This document shows, one piece after another, positions 48,451 to 58,597 of a stretch of 64,000 bases of DNA (the stretch's first letter is position 1; each line of letters starts with the position of its first letter). The position numbers and the translations under genes were made by a program. The stretch is from Tepidisphaera sp. (GTDB taxonomy: Bacteria; Planctomycetota; Phycisphaerae; Phycisphaerales; UBA1924): assembly GCA_050916045.1 (NCBI GenBank), contig CP051526.1, positions 2,816,001 through 2,880,000 of the forward strand, read 5' to 3'. The notes under the pieces are model-generated. The model searched no databases, was not told the DNA's origin, and was given only the letters and a program-made list of their open reading frames with translations.

Positions 48451-49575
48451 TTGCCGGACATAGCCAACATCTACCGGATGGGCGTCAAGGAGCTCTGGAG
48501 TCTGATCCGAGATCCGATCATGCTGGTGCTGATTGTGTATACGTTCACCGTGTCGATCTATGTCGCTGCAACGGCCGCCCCGGAGACCCTGCACAAAGCC
48601 CCGATCGCCATCGTCGATGAAGACGCTTCGCCGTTGTCGAGCCAGATTGCGTCTGCCTTCTACCCTCCGCGTTTCAACCCACCGAAGCTCATCCCCTGGA
48701 GCGACGCCGATCCCGGTCTTGACTCTGGAGACTTCACCTTCGTGCTTTCGATCCCGCCGCACTTTCAACGCGATGTGCTCGCCGGATCAGCGCCCTCGGT
48801 GCAACTCAATGTCGACGCCACTCGGATGTCACAGGCGTTCACCGGCAACGGGTACATCCAGCAGATGGTGATGGATGAGGTGGAGGCGTTTGTGCGACGC
48901 TACCGGACGAGCTCCGTACCGCCGGTGACTCTCGCGCTACGAGCCAGGTTCAATCCGAACCTTCAGGAACGGTGGTTTGGCTCCCTCATGGAGATCATCA
49001 ACAATGTCACGCTGCTCTCGATCATCCTCACGGGCGCGGCGCTGATCCGAGAGAGAGAGCACGGAACGATCGAGCACCTGCTGGTCATGCCCGTGACACC
49101 GGCGGAGATCATGCTGGCGAAGGTCTGGTCGATGGGACTCGTGGTGTTCATCGCAGCCTTCGGCGGACTGGCGCTCGTGGTCCAGGGCGTGCTACGCGTA
49201 CCGATCGAAGGGTCTGTCCTGCTGTTTTTCCTGGGCGTCGCGATCCATCTGTTTGCGGTGACATCGATCGGCATCTGGATGGCGACGCTTGCGAAATCGA
49301 TGCCGCAGTTCGCCATGCTCGCGGTGCTGATCCTCCTTCCGCTGCAACTCCTCTCGGGCAGCTTCACTCCGCGAGAGAGCATGCCGCTGCTTATGCGGGA
49401 CGCCATGCTCGCCTCACCGACGACTCACTTCGTGTCCCTCGGGCAGGCGATACTGTTCCGCGGCGCGAGTATCGAGAACGTGTGGCCCGCGTTCGTGAGC
49501 CTGCTTGGAATCGGGGGCACCTTCTTCGTCGTGGCTTTGCTTCGCTTTCGCAAGACCCTCAGCCACATGGTGTGA
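48451..49575 (+). CDS. yhhJ: ABC-2 permease (YhhJ-like)
   Basis: GVKELWSL, QLNVDATRMSQAF, GAALIREREHGTIEHLLVMP. Confidence 0.9.
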   Translation: MPDIANIYRMGVKELWSLIRDPIMLVLIVYTFTVSIYVAATAAPETLHKAPIAIVDEDASPLSSQIASAFYPPRFNPPKLIPWSDADPGLDSGDFTFVLSIPPHFQRDVLAGSAPSVQLNVDATRMSQAFTGNGYIQQMVMDEVEAFVRRYRTSSVPPVTLALRARFNPNLQERWFGSLMEIINNVTLLSIILTGAALIREREHGTIEHLLVMPVTPAEIMLAKVWSMGLVVFIAAFGGLALVVQGVLRVPIEGSVLLFFLGVAIHLFAVTSIGIWMATLAKSMPQFAMLAVLILLPLQLLSGSFTPRESMPLLMRDAMLASPTTHFVSLGQAILFRGASIENVWPAFVSLLGIGGTFFVVALLRFRKTLSHMV

Positions 49576-49605
49576 TGGCGACGCCCACCGCGTGGACGGA
49601 CCCCC

Positions 49606-49625
49606 ATGTAGGAAGTTTCCCACAT
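49606..49625. promoter_or_regulatory. 20-bp palindromic regulator box upstream of the PAS kinase
   Basis: ATGTAGGAAGTTTCCCACAT is near-palindromic; its reverse complement matches 52116-52135 at 16/20. Confidence 0.6.
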
Positions 49626-49677
49626 TGGGACTCCGCGTCGACGGAGCCATTGACTCGCGTGCCACAACCGTATCATC

Positions 49678-51261
49678 TTGTGCATGCACGGCAGTTCCCC
49701 ATCTCGCCCTCAGCCACGCGCGAAGGCGAACTCCTCGGTGCGTAGCAGAGCGTCAGTCGCGCGCAGCCGTCCGCCGTTTCTGAATCCGATCATCACCATG
49801 GATGAGGGAGGCGTGATCCGGTCGGCAAGCGACTCCGTTGAGCAGGTCTTTGGCTGGACACCCATGGAGTTGTTCGGCCGCAATGTCAAGATTCTGATTC
49901 CCGAGCCTCGCCGCTCGTCTCTGGACAGGTATCTCGATCGGTACCGCAATGCCGACACTGCCAAGTCCTTGACGCGCACCCGGCGGTTTGACGCGGTGAA
50001 AAAGGATGGCTCGCTCATCCAGATCGAGCTGTCGATGTCGCGTGCCGAGTTACCCATCCATTCGGCGCCGTTCTTCATCGGCATTGTCCGCGATGTGAGC
50101 AGTGAGATCGACATTGGGGCGGACTCTGTGGACGAGCGTGTCCGGCTTCATGAGCTGATCATGGAGCAGACGCGAGCGCTCGCGACGGCGCATCTTCGGC
50201 TTCAACTGGCGGATCGCATGGCCGCGCTCGGCACCTTGGCGGCGGGTCTCGGGCACGATCTCAACAACGTGCTTCTGCCCGTGCGTGCCCGACTGGACGC
50301 GATGGAGCAGTCTCACAGCATGGCAGCCGCCCGCACGCACATGAAAGCGGTGAGGCTGCAAGTGGAGTATCTGCAGAGCTTGAGCGATGGGCTGCACGCC
50401 CTGACGCTCGATCCCGACGGCACGGCCGACGGCGACGATCACGCGGGGGTTACGCAGCTCGCTGAGTGGTGGACGCAGGTTGGTCCATTGCTGCGCAAGG
50501 CGGTTCCAAAGCGTGTCACTCTGAAGGCCTCGTTCACCGCGGGCCTGCCGCAGGTCGATATCGCACCACAATGGCTCACCCAGGCGATGCTAAATCTGAT
50601 TGTGAACGCTGGCGAAGCGATCCCCAAGGCACGCAAGGGGATGATCCGGGTCTGGGCGGATACCCAGCGCGGCGCACGCATTGTCCGACTCGGCGTGACT
50701 GACAACGGCAGCGGCATGACCCGCGAGGTGCAGCGTCGAGCACTCGACCTTTTCTTCACGACCAAGTCACGCAGCATGGGCACCGGACTTGGACTCCCCT
50801 TGGCTCGCAAGGTCGCGCTCCGAGCGGGGGGCGACCTTGTCCTCTCCTCGCATCCCGGCAAGGGCACCACTGTCACTCTGGAGTTGCCAGCGGCGGACCA
50901 TTCGGCTCAACTCTTCACCGGCCGAACCGGAAAGGAACGGTCAGCCGTGGTCTCAGTTGCAAACGGCCGCGCCGCGGCTTTGATTGGGCAGATCCTCCTC
51001 GCGGCCAAGGTCACGCTCATACCGTCGAGCAGAGGCGGCCCTGCGAACGCGGATCTCTGGGTGACCGATCCAACGAGCAAAGCGCTTGAACGGGCTTTGC
51101 GGTGGCGAAAGCGTCGCACTGCGGGCACCATCGTGGTTGTTGGCCAGCCATCACTTCGAACACAGCGGCGTTGGGCGATGCTCGGAGCGGTCGTCCTTGG
51201 CTCTGCAGATGACATTCAGGAGATCAGGCACTTACTCGGACGGGTACTGGCTCGTGCGTGA
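49678..51261 (+). CDS. PAS-domain sensor histidine kinase; true start uncertain
   Basis: PAS ELFGRNVKILIPEP..KKDGS; H-box AGLGHDLNN; NLIVNA, DNGSGM, FFTTK, GTGLGL. Confidence 0.92.
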   Translation: MCMHGSSPSRPQPRAKANSSVRSRASVARSRPPFLNPIITMDEGGVIRSASDSVEQVFGWTPMELFGRNVKILIPEPRRSSLDRYLDRYRNADTAKSLTRTRRFDAVKKDGSLIQIELSMSRAELPIHSAPFFIGIVRDVSSEIDIGADSVDERVRLHELIMEQTRALATAHLRLQLADRMAALGTLAAGLGHDLNNVLLPVRARLDAMEQSHSMAAARTHMKAVRLQVEYLQSLSDGLHALTLDPDGTADGDDHAGVTQLAEWWTQVGPLLRKAVPKRVTLKASFTAGLPQVDIAPQWLTQAMLNLIVNAGEAIPKARKGMIRVWADTQRGARIVRLGVTDNGSGMTREVQRRALDLFFTTKSRSMGTGLGLPLARKVALRAGGDLVLSSHPGKGTTVTLELPAADHSAQLFTGRTGKERSAVVSVANGRAAALIGQILLAAKVTLIPSSRGGPANADLWVTDPTSKALERALRWRKRRTAGTIVVVGQPSLRTQRRWAMLGAVVLGSADDIQEIRHLLGRVLARA

Positions 51262-51270
51262 CGGAACAAC

Positions 51271-52104
51271 ATGAAGCAAGCGAAGCCACACACCCGACCA
51301 CGCACAGCTGGGCCATTCCCGCCAGGAGACGCACGAACGCGGCCGGGCGATGCTCTCCCTGCGCACACGTCGGCACCCGCCGGCTCGGATGGTCCGGCCG
51401 AACGCGGCCAAGCGGTACGTGTGCTGTGCGTTGACGACCACGCGGTGCTTGTCGAAGGACTGGCAGCGCGGTTCGCCCTCGAAGATGGCATCGACCTCAT
51501 AGGCCGCCTCACGACCGCCGCGCGACTGGTGGAAGAGTGCGACCGGCGGAAGCCGCACGTCGTTATCCTCGATATCGAGATGCCGGGCCCCGACGCCTTC
51601 GAGATGGCTGACCGCTTGAAGCACCGTCGCGGAGACGCACGGGTCATGGTGCTGAGCGCGCATATTCGTGATGCTTTCATCTCGGCTGCGTTCCGGGCCG
51701 GTGCGAGCGCGTACTTCTCCAAGTCAGATAGCCTTGCCGACATTGTTCGAGGCGTCTACGAAGTGGCCCGGAGCAAACCGAACGACTTTCTTCTTGGACC
51801 CAAGGTGCGTGAGCGGTGCCTTCCTGTGGCGGCCGGGAGAGCTCTCGCTCCACTCGGCAGTGACTCTCGCTTCGCCAGAAGCACTGGCGCTCCGGCGACT
51901 CTGTTGTCGTCACTCACCCCGCGGGAAGCGGAGATTCTGCGCTTCATCGGCAAGGGCATGTCGCGGACGCAGATTGCCGCCGAGTTGTGCCGCAGCGCCA
52001 AGACCGTCGATGCACACCAGTCGCGGATGATGAAGAAGCTTGGCATCGCCGCACGGGCGGACTTGATGCGCCTCGCCATCCGCGAGGGCCTCGCAGAGGT
52101 GTGA
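51271..52104 (+). CDS. NarL/LuxR-family response regulator
   Basis: VDDH, ILDIEMPG, LTPREAEIL..KTVDAHQSRMMKKLG. Confidence 0.93.
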   Translation: MKQAKPHTRPRTAGPFPPGDARTRPGDALPAHTSAPAGSDGPAERGQAVRVLCVDDHAVLVEGLAARFALEDGIDLIGRLTTAARLVEECDRRKPHVVILDIEMPGPDAFEMADRLKHRRGDARVMVLSAHIRDAFISAAFRAGASAYFSKSDSLADIVRGVYEVARSKPNDFLLGPKVRERCLPVAAGRALAPLGSDSRFARSTGAPATLLSSLTPREAEILRFIGKGMSRTQIAAELCRSAKTVDAHQSRMMKKLGIAARADLMRLAIREGLAEV

Positions 52105-52115
52105 GGCGGGCGGCG

Positions 52116-52135
52116 ATGTGGGAAATGTCCGTCAT
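52116..52135. promoter_or_regulatory. 20-bp regulator-box copy upstream of dps
   Basis: ATGTGGGAAATGTCCGTCAT. Confidence 0.6.
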
Positions 52136-52229
52136 GGATCAATGCCCTTGTGGCCGCCAAGATGCTCCCAGTCATCGTGATGCTCCGCCAGTACGGCTCA
52201 GGAGTGTCGGATCACCGGAGGACCCACTC

Positions 52230-52799
52230 ATGAAGACATCAACTATCACCCGCGAGGACCCGAAGCATCTCACGGAACCAGTCACCACCTCCGGCATCGG
52301 GGAAGTGCAGGGCCGTGAGCACGTGCAACGCACGGCGCTCGCGCTCGATGCGAACGCCGCTCTCGCGAGCGTGGAAAGCCTGCGGCAGTTGCTCGCAGAC
52401 ACCATCACGTTGCGTGACTTGTACAAGAAGCACCACTGGCAGGCGTCCGGGCCCACGTTCTACATGCTTCATCTGCTCTTCGACAAGCACGCGGCCGCGC
52501 AGTCGAGTCTGGCCGACCTGCTCGCCGAGCGAGTGCAGACGCTCGGGGGCGTCTCCTTGGCGATGGGCGCGGATGTGGCGGCGATGACGCTCATTCCTCG
52601 CGCCCCGGCCGGCCGAGAAGGTGCCGCGGCTCAGTTGGCCCGCCTGCTTCACGCGCATGAAGTGATTCTGCTGGAAGCGCGTGCCATGGCAAGAGATTCT
52701 GCCGCGTCTGGTGATGTCGGCACCAACGACATTATCGTGTCGGATGTGATCCGAACGGGAGAGCTGCAGGTGTGGTTCCTTGCCCAACACGTCGATTGA
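52230..52799 (+). CDS. dps: Dps family ferritin-like protein
   Basis: YKKHHWQASGPTFYMLHLLFD..DLLAERVQTLGG; GGAGG RBS. Confidence 0.92.
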   Translation: MKTSTITREDPKHLTEPVTTSGIGEVQGREHVQRTALALDANAALASVESLRQLLADTITLRDLYKKHHWQASGPTFYMLHLLFDKHAAAQSSLADLLAERVQTLGGVSLAMGADVAAMTLIPRAPAGREGAAAQLARLLHAHEVILLEARAMARDSAASGDVGTNDIIVSDVIRTGELQVWFLAQHVD

Positions 52800-52829
52800 G
52801 AGGGGCTCTGGCGTGTCGCACGCCGGTTG

Positions 52830-52960
52830 CCGCAGACGTCGGCCACGTGAATCTGTCTGGCGACATCCGTTTACGGGATGCACGGACGCAAGCGGAGTCC
52901 GCTGCATGGGGCGCGCTCGGCGTGACGGGTGTCGAGAACGCGTTCAGCGTGTCGCCTTGA
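52830..52960 (+). pseudogene. BON-domain C-terminal remnant
   Basis: GHVNLSG....ARTQAESAAWGALGVTGVEN, with no start codon or N-terminus. Confidence 0.6.
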
Positions 52961-53082
52961 TCTGAACAGGCGTGATGGCATGCCGACAGGCTGCCACCAC
53001 GATTCCGGGCTGGCCACGGCCTGTACTCGGCCTTTCGCGTCGTGATGATCGGTGTGACGGCACAAGCAAAGGGGACCCTCTC

Positions 53083-53280
53083 GTGTCAGCATCCACTTCC
53101 AAGCTTCTCAGTATGGTGTGCTTCGTTCTGGGCTTTCTGTCGATCGCGGCCTCTATCGCGATCTGGGCGTTTTACAAGGGCGGTGACCCGGCGCATGGTG
53201 AGCGGTTCGGGATCTTTGTCGGGCTCTGGGCACCGACTTTCCTTATTCTCTCCGAACGACTGAGAGTTCGTGTGCCATGA
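53083..53280 (+). CDS. Small membrane protein
   Basis: Two hydrophobic segments, ERFGIFVGLWAPTF; ATGA-coupled to tspO. Confidence 0.7.
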   Translation: MSASTSKLLSMVCFVLGFLSIAASIAIWAFYKGGDPAHGERFGIFVGLWAPTFLILSERLRVRVP

Positions 53281-53798
53281 CGCCGACGCTGCCGCACAAC
53301 CACGCGCCTGACTCACGCTCGTCGTCAGTCTCCGCGCTTCGGCAAGCTGTCGCCCTTGTCGGGTGGCTGACTTTATGCTTTGCAGCCGCGGGCACATCGC
53401 TGTTCGTGACCACAGACGGCTGGTTCGAGAGCCTCAGGAAACCAGTCTGGAATCCCCCTCCTTGGATCTTTGGTCCGGTCTGGACGCTCCTCTATGCGAT
53501 GATGGCCGTCGCCGCATGGCTTGTGTGGAGAGATGGCGGCTGGAAGGCCCACCGGCGTGCACTTGGCGTGTTCTGCCTGCAGGTGCTGTTCAACGCCCTG
53601 TGGACCCCGCTCTTCTTTGCGGCGCATCAACCGGGCGTGGCGTTCCTCGACATCGTGCTCCTGTGGATCACACTCGCGGTTACAACCGTCCTGTTCTGGC
53701 GCATCTCCACACTGGCGGGTCTGCTGCTGCTTCCGTACCTCGGATGGACAACCTTCGCGGCGGTCCTGAACTTCACCATCTGGCGCATGAACCCATGA
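53277..53798 (+). CDS. tspO: TspO/MBR tryptophan-rich sensory protein
   Basis: [51 protein letters not shown]. Confidence 0.95.
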   Translation: MTPTLPHNHAPDSRSSSVSALRQAVALVGWLTLCFAAAGTSLFVTTDGWFESLRKPVWNPPPWIFGPVWTLLYAMMAVAAWLVWRDGGWKAHRRALGVFCLQVLFNALWTPLFFAAHQPGVAFLDIVLLWITLAVTTVLFWRISTLAGLLLLPYLGWTTFAAVLNFTIWRMNP

Positions 53799-56236
53799 CT
53801 CATCGCATCCAGGACGGCCCCCATTCAGATGAGCTGGCGCTCCCGCACCCCGCGGGTGCGACGCTCGGCACCGCTGAGCTGGCGTTGCTCGACGCCTACT
53901 GGCGTGCGGCCAACTACCTGTCTGTGGGCCAGCTCTACCTCTGGAGCAATCCGCTTCTCAGACGGCCTCTCACGATCGCTGACGTGAAGCCGCTTCTCGT
54001 CGGGCACTGGGGAACGACTCCTGGACAGAACTTCATCTACGCCCACCTCAACCGCGTCATCAAGAAGTTCGACCTCAACATGATCTACGTCTCCGGCCCG
54101 GGGCACGGGGGACCTGCCGTCGTCGGCAACACCTACCTCGAAGGCACCTATACCGAGATCTACCCCGACATCACACAGGACGAAGCCGGCTTGCGGAAGC
54201 TGTTCAGGCAGTTCTCCTTCCCCGGAGGCATACCAAGTCATGCGTCTCCGGAGTGTCCGGGGTCGATCCATGAAGGTGGTGAGCTTGGTTACTCACTCAG
54301 CCACTCGTTCGGTGCCGTACTTGACAATCCGAGCCTTGTCGTCGCGTGCGTGATCGGCGATGGGGAGGCGGAGACCGGTCCGCTCGCCACGGCGTGGCAC
54401 TCAAACAAGTTCCTTGACGCTGCAACGGACGGCGCGGTTCTTCCGATTCTGCACCTGAATGGCTACAAGATCTCGAGCCCGACTGTTCTCGCACGCATTC
54501 CCCGGCACGAGCTTGACCAACTGCTACGTGGCTATGGGTGGCTCCCGCACTACGTCGAGGGGTACGAACCCGCGCTGATGCACGAGTTGATGGCCACGAC
54601 TCTGGATGCGGTCTGCGAGCATATCAGGTCGATCCAGCACGACGCCCGCGTGAATGGCAACGCGGCTCGCCCGCAGTGGCCGATGATCGTTCTCGTTTCA
54701 CCAAAGGGCTGGACGGGTCCGCAGCTGGTCGATGGCTTTCGAGTGGAGGGGACGTTTCGCTCGCACCAGATCCCGCTCTCCATCTCGCCGACATCGGCAC
54801 CGGAGCATCTCAGGCAGCTGGAAGCTTGGCTTCAGAGCTACGACCCGGCCACACTCTTCGACGAACAGGGCCGTCTGAACGCCGATCTGGCCGCTCTCGC
54901 CCCGGACGGCGACCGGCGCATGGGTGCCAACCGACATGCCAACGGCGGGCAGCTCCTCCGCGATCTGCACATGCCCGACTTCCGGGAGTATGCCGTCGAT
55001 GTGCCCACACCCGGCGTGCGCGGCATCGGCGACACGCACGTGCTCGGTCCGTTCCTCCGAGATGTGGCGAAGCTGAACAGCGCACAGCGCAACTTCCGAG
55101 TGTTCGGGCCGGACGAGACGCTCTCGAACGGCCTGGAGGCTCTGTTTCAGGTGACGGCACGACAATGGAACGCCGTCACGCTCCCGAGAGATGAGAGTCT
55201 GGCCCCAAGCGGCCGCGTGATGGAGATGCTCAGCGAGCATCAGTGCGAAGGGTGGCTTGAGGGCTACCTGCTCACCGGTCGCCACGGTCTCTTCAACAGC
55301 TACGAAGCGTTCATTCACATTATCGACTCGATGTTCAACCAGCATGCGAAGTGGCTTAAGGTGACGGCGACGCTGCCATGGAGATATCCGATCGCCTCGC
55401 TGAACTACCTGCTCGCGTCGCACGTCTGGAGGCAGGACCACAACGGCTTCACGCATCAGGACCCGGGGTTCCTCGACGTTGTCGTGAACAAGAAGGCCGA
55501 GGTTGTACGGGTGTACCTCCCGCCGGATGCGAACTGTCTGCTCTCCGTGATGGACCACTGTCTCCGCAGCCGCCACTATGTGAACGTCGTGGTCGCGGGT
55601 AAGCACCCTGCGCCACAATGGCTAACCATGGATCAAGCTGCCGCCCACTGCAAAGCGGGGATCGGAGTCTGGGCCTGGGCGAGCAGCGACGCGACCGGTG
55701 AGCCGGACGTGGTCATGGCGTGTTGCGGAGATGTACCGACGCTGGAGACCCTCGCGGCGGTCTCGATCCTGCGGGCGCACTTGCCTGCCCTCAAGGTGCG
55801 AGTAGTCAACGTCGTCGACCTGATGCGACTTCAGCCAGCCGTCGAACACCCCCACGGGCTAAGCGACGCGACCTTCGACGAACTGTTCACGAAGAACAAG
55901 CCGGTCATCTTCGCCTTCCACGCGTACCCGTGGCTGATACACAGATTGACGTATCGCCGCACGAATCACGGCAACATCCATGTCCGCGGGTACAAAGAGG
56001 AAGGCACGATCACAACACCCTTCGACATGACCGTGCTCAACGACCTTGATCGGTTCCATCTCGTGATGGACGTGATCGATCGAGTACCAGGTATCCGCGA
56101 CGAGGGTACGAACCTCAAGCAGCGGCTTGTCGACAAGCTCATCGAGCACAAGCAGTACATACACACCAACGGCCGAGACATGCCGGAGATTCGTGACTGG
56201 GTCTGGGGTGTACCAACGACTCACGTTCTTGCCTAA
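53795..56236 (+). CDS. xfp: Xylulose-5-phosphate/fructose-6-phosphate phosphoketolase
   Basis: [54 protein letters not shown]. Confidence 0.97.
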   Translation: MTHRIQDGPHSDELALPHPAGATLGTAELALLDAYWRAANYLSVGQLYLWSNPLLRRPLTIADVKPLLVGHWGTTPGQNFIYAHLNRVIKKFDLNMIYVSGPGHGGPAVVGNTYLEGTYTEIYPDITQDEAGLRKLFRQFSFPGGIPSHASPECPGSIHEGGELGYSLSHSFGAVLDNPSLVVACVIGDGEAETGPLATAWHSNKFLDAATDGAVLPILHLNGYKISSPTVLARIPRHELDQLLRGYGWLPHYVEGYEPALMHELMATTLDAVCEHIRSIQHDARVNGNAARPQWPMIVLVSPKGWTGPQLVDGFRVEGTFRSHQIPLSISPTSAPEHLRQLEAWLQSYDPATLFDEQGRLNADLAALAPDGDRRMGANRHANGGQLLRDLHMPDFREYAVDVPTPGVRGIGDTHVLGPFLRDVAKLNSAQRNFRVFGPDETLSNGLEALFQVTARQWNAVTLPRDESLAPSGRVMEMLSEHQCEGWLEGYLLTGRHGLFNSYEAFIHIIDSMFNQHAKWLKVTATLPWRYPIASLNYLLASHVWRQDHNGFTHQDPGFLDVVVNKKAEVVRVYLPPDANCLLSVMDHCLRSRHYVNVVVAGKHPAPQWLTMDQAAAHCKAGIGVWAWASSDATGEPDVVMACCGDVPTLETLAAVSILRAHLPALKVRVVNVVDLMRLQPAVEHPHGLSDATFDELFTKNKPVIFAFHAYPWLIHRLTYRRTNHGNIHVRGYKEEGTITTPFDMTVLNDLDRFHLVMDVIDRVPGIRDEGTNLKQRLVDKLIEHKQYIHTNGRDMPEIRDWVWGVPTTHVLA

Positions 56237-56519
56237 AGGTCGCCGACTCGGCCAGATACGCCACCGAGAGCTCGGCGTCAGTCCCTTATGAGACCTATCC
56301 GCCAAACACGAACGGTTCATGGAAGCGGCACGGGCGACACGTTCGCGACGCACCTCGCTCGAGCGGGGATCATTCCGGGTAAGCGAGAGAGCCTCCCGGC
56401 CGCACGGCACGCGCTTGTCCATCGTGCACGTCGCAACGAAGCCGCTCAGCGTGGTCGATACAGTGTCGACAAGGAAGCCGAGGGCCGCTTCGAGGTGCGG
56501 ATCTCGGCGAGGAGCAACA

Positions 56520-57173
56520 ATGCTGCTCACTAGTGCTCGTCCGACTCAGCGTCTCTTCGTCATTCGCCACAGTGATACCGACTGGACCGACGCGCATCGT
56601 CACACCGGAAGCACCGACCTTCCTCTCAACTCCGGGGGAGAAGCCCACGCGATGCGGTTGGCATCGCGACTCAAGGGGATGACGTTTGCCAAGGTCTACA
56701 CCAGCCCGCTCGCTCGGGTCCGACGCACATGCGCCATTGCTGGCTTTGATGCCCAGGCGGAGATTGTCCCGGACCTCACCGAGTGGAAGATGGGCGACGA
56801 TGAGGGCCGCACGACCTTCGAGATTCAGCGCGACCGACCTGGATGGGACATGTTCCGCGACGGGCCGTTGCACGGCGAGGTCCTTGCGCAGGTATTCGCA
56901 CGCGCGCAGAGATTCCTGAAACTCTCGCAGGAATGGAGCGGCGACACGGCCGCTTTTGCGAGCGGCCAGATTATCCGGTGCATCGCCGCTTGCTGGCTGG
57001 GACTGCCGCCCTCGGCCGCGAGGTGCTTTTCCGTCGACACATGCAGCGTGGGCATTCTGTCGTACGACGCCAGCCGAACTGAGCCCACCGTTGCCCTTTG
57101 GAATGATGTCGGAGACCTTGCCTTGCCGCGTCACCGCGTTGCGAGCGTGATGAATGGGGGGATCGGCGCATGA
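56520..57173 (+). CDS. Histidine phosphatase (phosphoglycerate mutase-like) family protein with divergent active site
   Basis: IRHSDTDW..HTGSTDLPL, TSPLARVRRT, LTEW; GAGGAG RBS. Confidence 0.85.
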   Translation: MLLTSARPTQRLFVIRHSDTDWTDAHRHTGSTDLPLNSGGEAHAMRLASRLKGMTFAKVYTSPLARVRRTCAIAGFDAQAEIVPDLTEWKMGDDEGRTTFEIQRDRPGWDMFRDGPLHGEVLAQVFARAQRFLKLSQEWSGDTAAFASGQIIRCIAACWLGLPPSAARCFSVDTCSVGILSYDASRTEPTVALWNDVGDLALPRHRVASVMNGGIGA

Positions 57174-58546
57174 CGCTCCCCCCCACCGCTGTTGTTGTGA
57201 CCGTCAACGGCGGATCCTCGAGCATCAAGGTTTCGCTCGCAACCGGCGATGCCACCGCGACCGACCGCCAGATTCGCTTCTTCTCTGCCAGCGTGGACCG
57301 AATCGGTAGCCCGAGCGCGGTCCTCACCACCCACGCCGCCTCCACCTCGTCCGCGGACACGCGGTCACTGCCACATGCCATGCTCAAGGACGCGATCATC
57401 GCGATTCTCGGCACGGTGAAAGACCACATCGGCACCGCCTCCATCCGCGGCATCGGCCACCGCATCGTTCACGGCGGCGCCTCGCTCCATGAACACCAAC
57501 TCATCACTCCGGTCGTCCTCGCTGCTCTCAAGACGTCCCAGCACTTCGACCTCGCCCACCTCCCCCGCGAGATCGCGCTCATCGAGAGCTTCGCCGAGGC
57601 CTTTGCCAACACTCCACAGGTTGCCTGCTTTGACACCACCTTCCACCGCGACATGCCCCGCGTCGCCCAACTGCTTCCAATCCCGCGCCGCTATTTCCGC
57701 GCTGGCCTTCGCCGCTTCGGCTTCCACGGCCTCTCCTACACCTCGCTGATGCAGCAACTCTCCGCCATCGCCGGCCCGACGGTTGCCCATGGCCGCGTGA
57801 TCCTGGCACACCTGGGCGCTGGCGCGAGCATGGCCGCTGTGCACGGGGGCAAGCCGATCGACACCACGATGTCCTTCACGCCCCTCTCCGGCCTCGTCAT
57901 GGCTACGCGTCCGGGCGACCTTGACCCCGGCCTGCTCTGCCACCTGCTCGGCACGCTCGGCGAAGCTGGCACAACGAAGCAGCTCGCCGCAAAGCTGAAC
58001 GCCATGCTCTCCACCGAGTGCGGCCTGTTGGGCGTCAGCGAACTCTCCGGCGACATGCGCGACCTGCTCGCAGCCCGAGAGACCAACCCTCAAGCCGCCG
58101 ACGCGATCAATCTCTTCTGCCGCCAAGCCCGCAAGCACCTTTGCGCGCTCGCAGGAACAATGGGCGGAGTCGAAGCCATCGTCTTCAGCGGCGGCATCGG
58201 TGAGCATTCGCCCGAAGTGCGAGCCGCCATCTGCGATGGACTGCAGTTTCTTGGCGTCCGCCTCGACACGATCAGAAACTTCGAGGGTCATGGCGTGATC
58301 TCGTCCGCAGATGCCCCGATCGCGGTCTATGTGTTGCCCACGGACGAGGAAGCGGTGATTGTCACGATCGTGCGCCCCCTCGTCGGAGCGCTCGCCACGG
58401 CAGAACCAGTCGCGGACTCACGCCCCAATGCGGAACCGAACTCTGAGCCTGCGAACCGCAGGACACTTTCGCCGCCGACACTGGCCGCGGAACAGACGAT
58501 CACTCCCGCGCGATCACCCGACGCTGCCTTCCATCTCCATCCATAA
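57170..58546 (+). CDS. ackA: Acetate kinase
   Basis: VNGGSSSIK, GHRIVHGG, CFDTTFH, RRFGFHGLSY, HLGAGAS, SGGIGE, PTDEE. Confidence 0.95.
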   Translation: MTLPPTAVVVTVNGGSSSIKVSLATGDATATDRQIRFFSASVDRIGSPSAVLTTHAASTSSADTRSLPHAMLKDAIIAILGTVKDHIGTASIRGIGHRIVHGGASLHEHQLITPVVLAALKTSQHFDLAHLPREIALIESFAEAFANTPQVACFDTTFHRDMPRVAQLLPIPRRYFRAGLRRFGFHGLSYTSLMQQLSAIAGPTVAHGRVILAHLGAGASMAAVHGGKPIDTTMSFTPLSGLVMATRPGDLDPGLLCHLLGTLGEAGTTKQLAAKLNAMLSTECGLLGVSELSGDMRDLLAARETNPQAADAINLFCRQARKHLCALAGTMGGVEAIVFSGGIGEHSPEVRAAICDGLQFLGVRLDTIRNFEGHGVISSADAPIAVYVLPTDEEAVIVTIVRPLVGALATAEPVADSRPNAEPNSEPANRRTLSPPTLAAEQTITPARSPDAAFHLHP

Positions 58547-58597
58547 GCCATCGCCCACACCACACAAGCCTGACCGAACGAAGGGAACCCGAACGAA

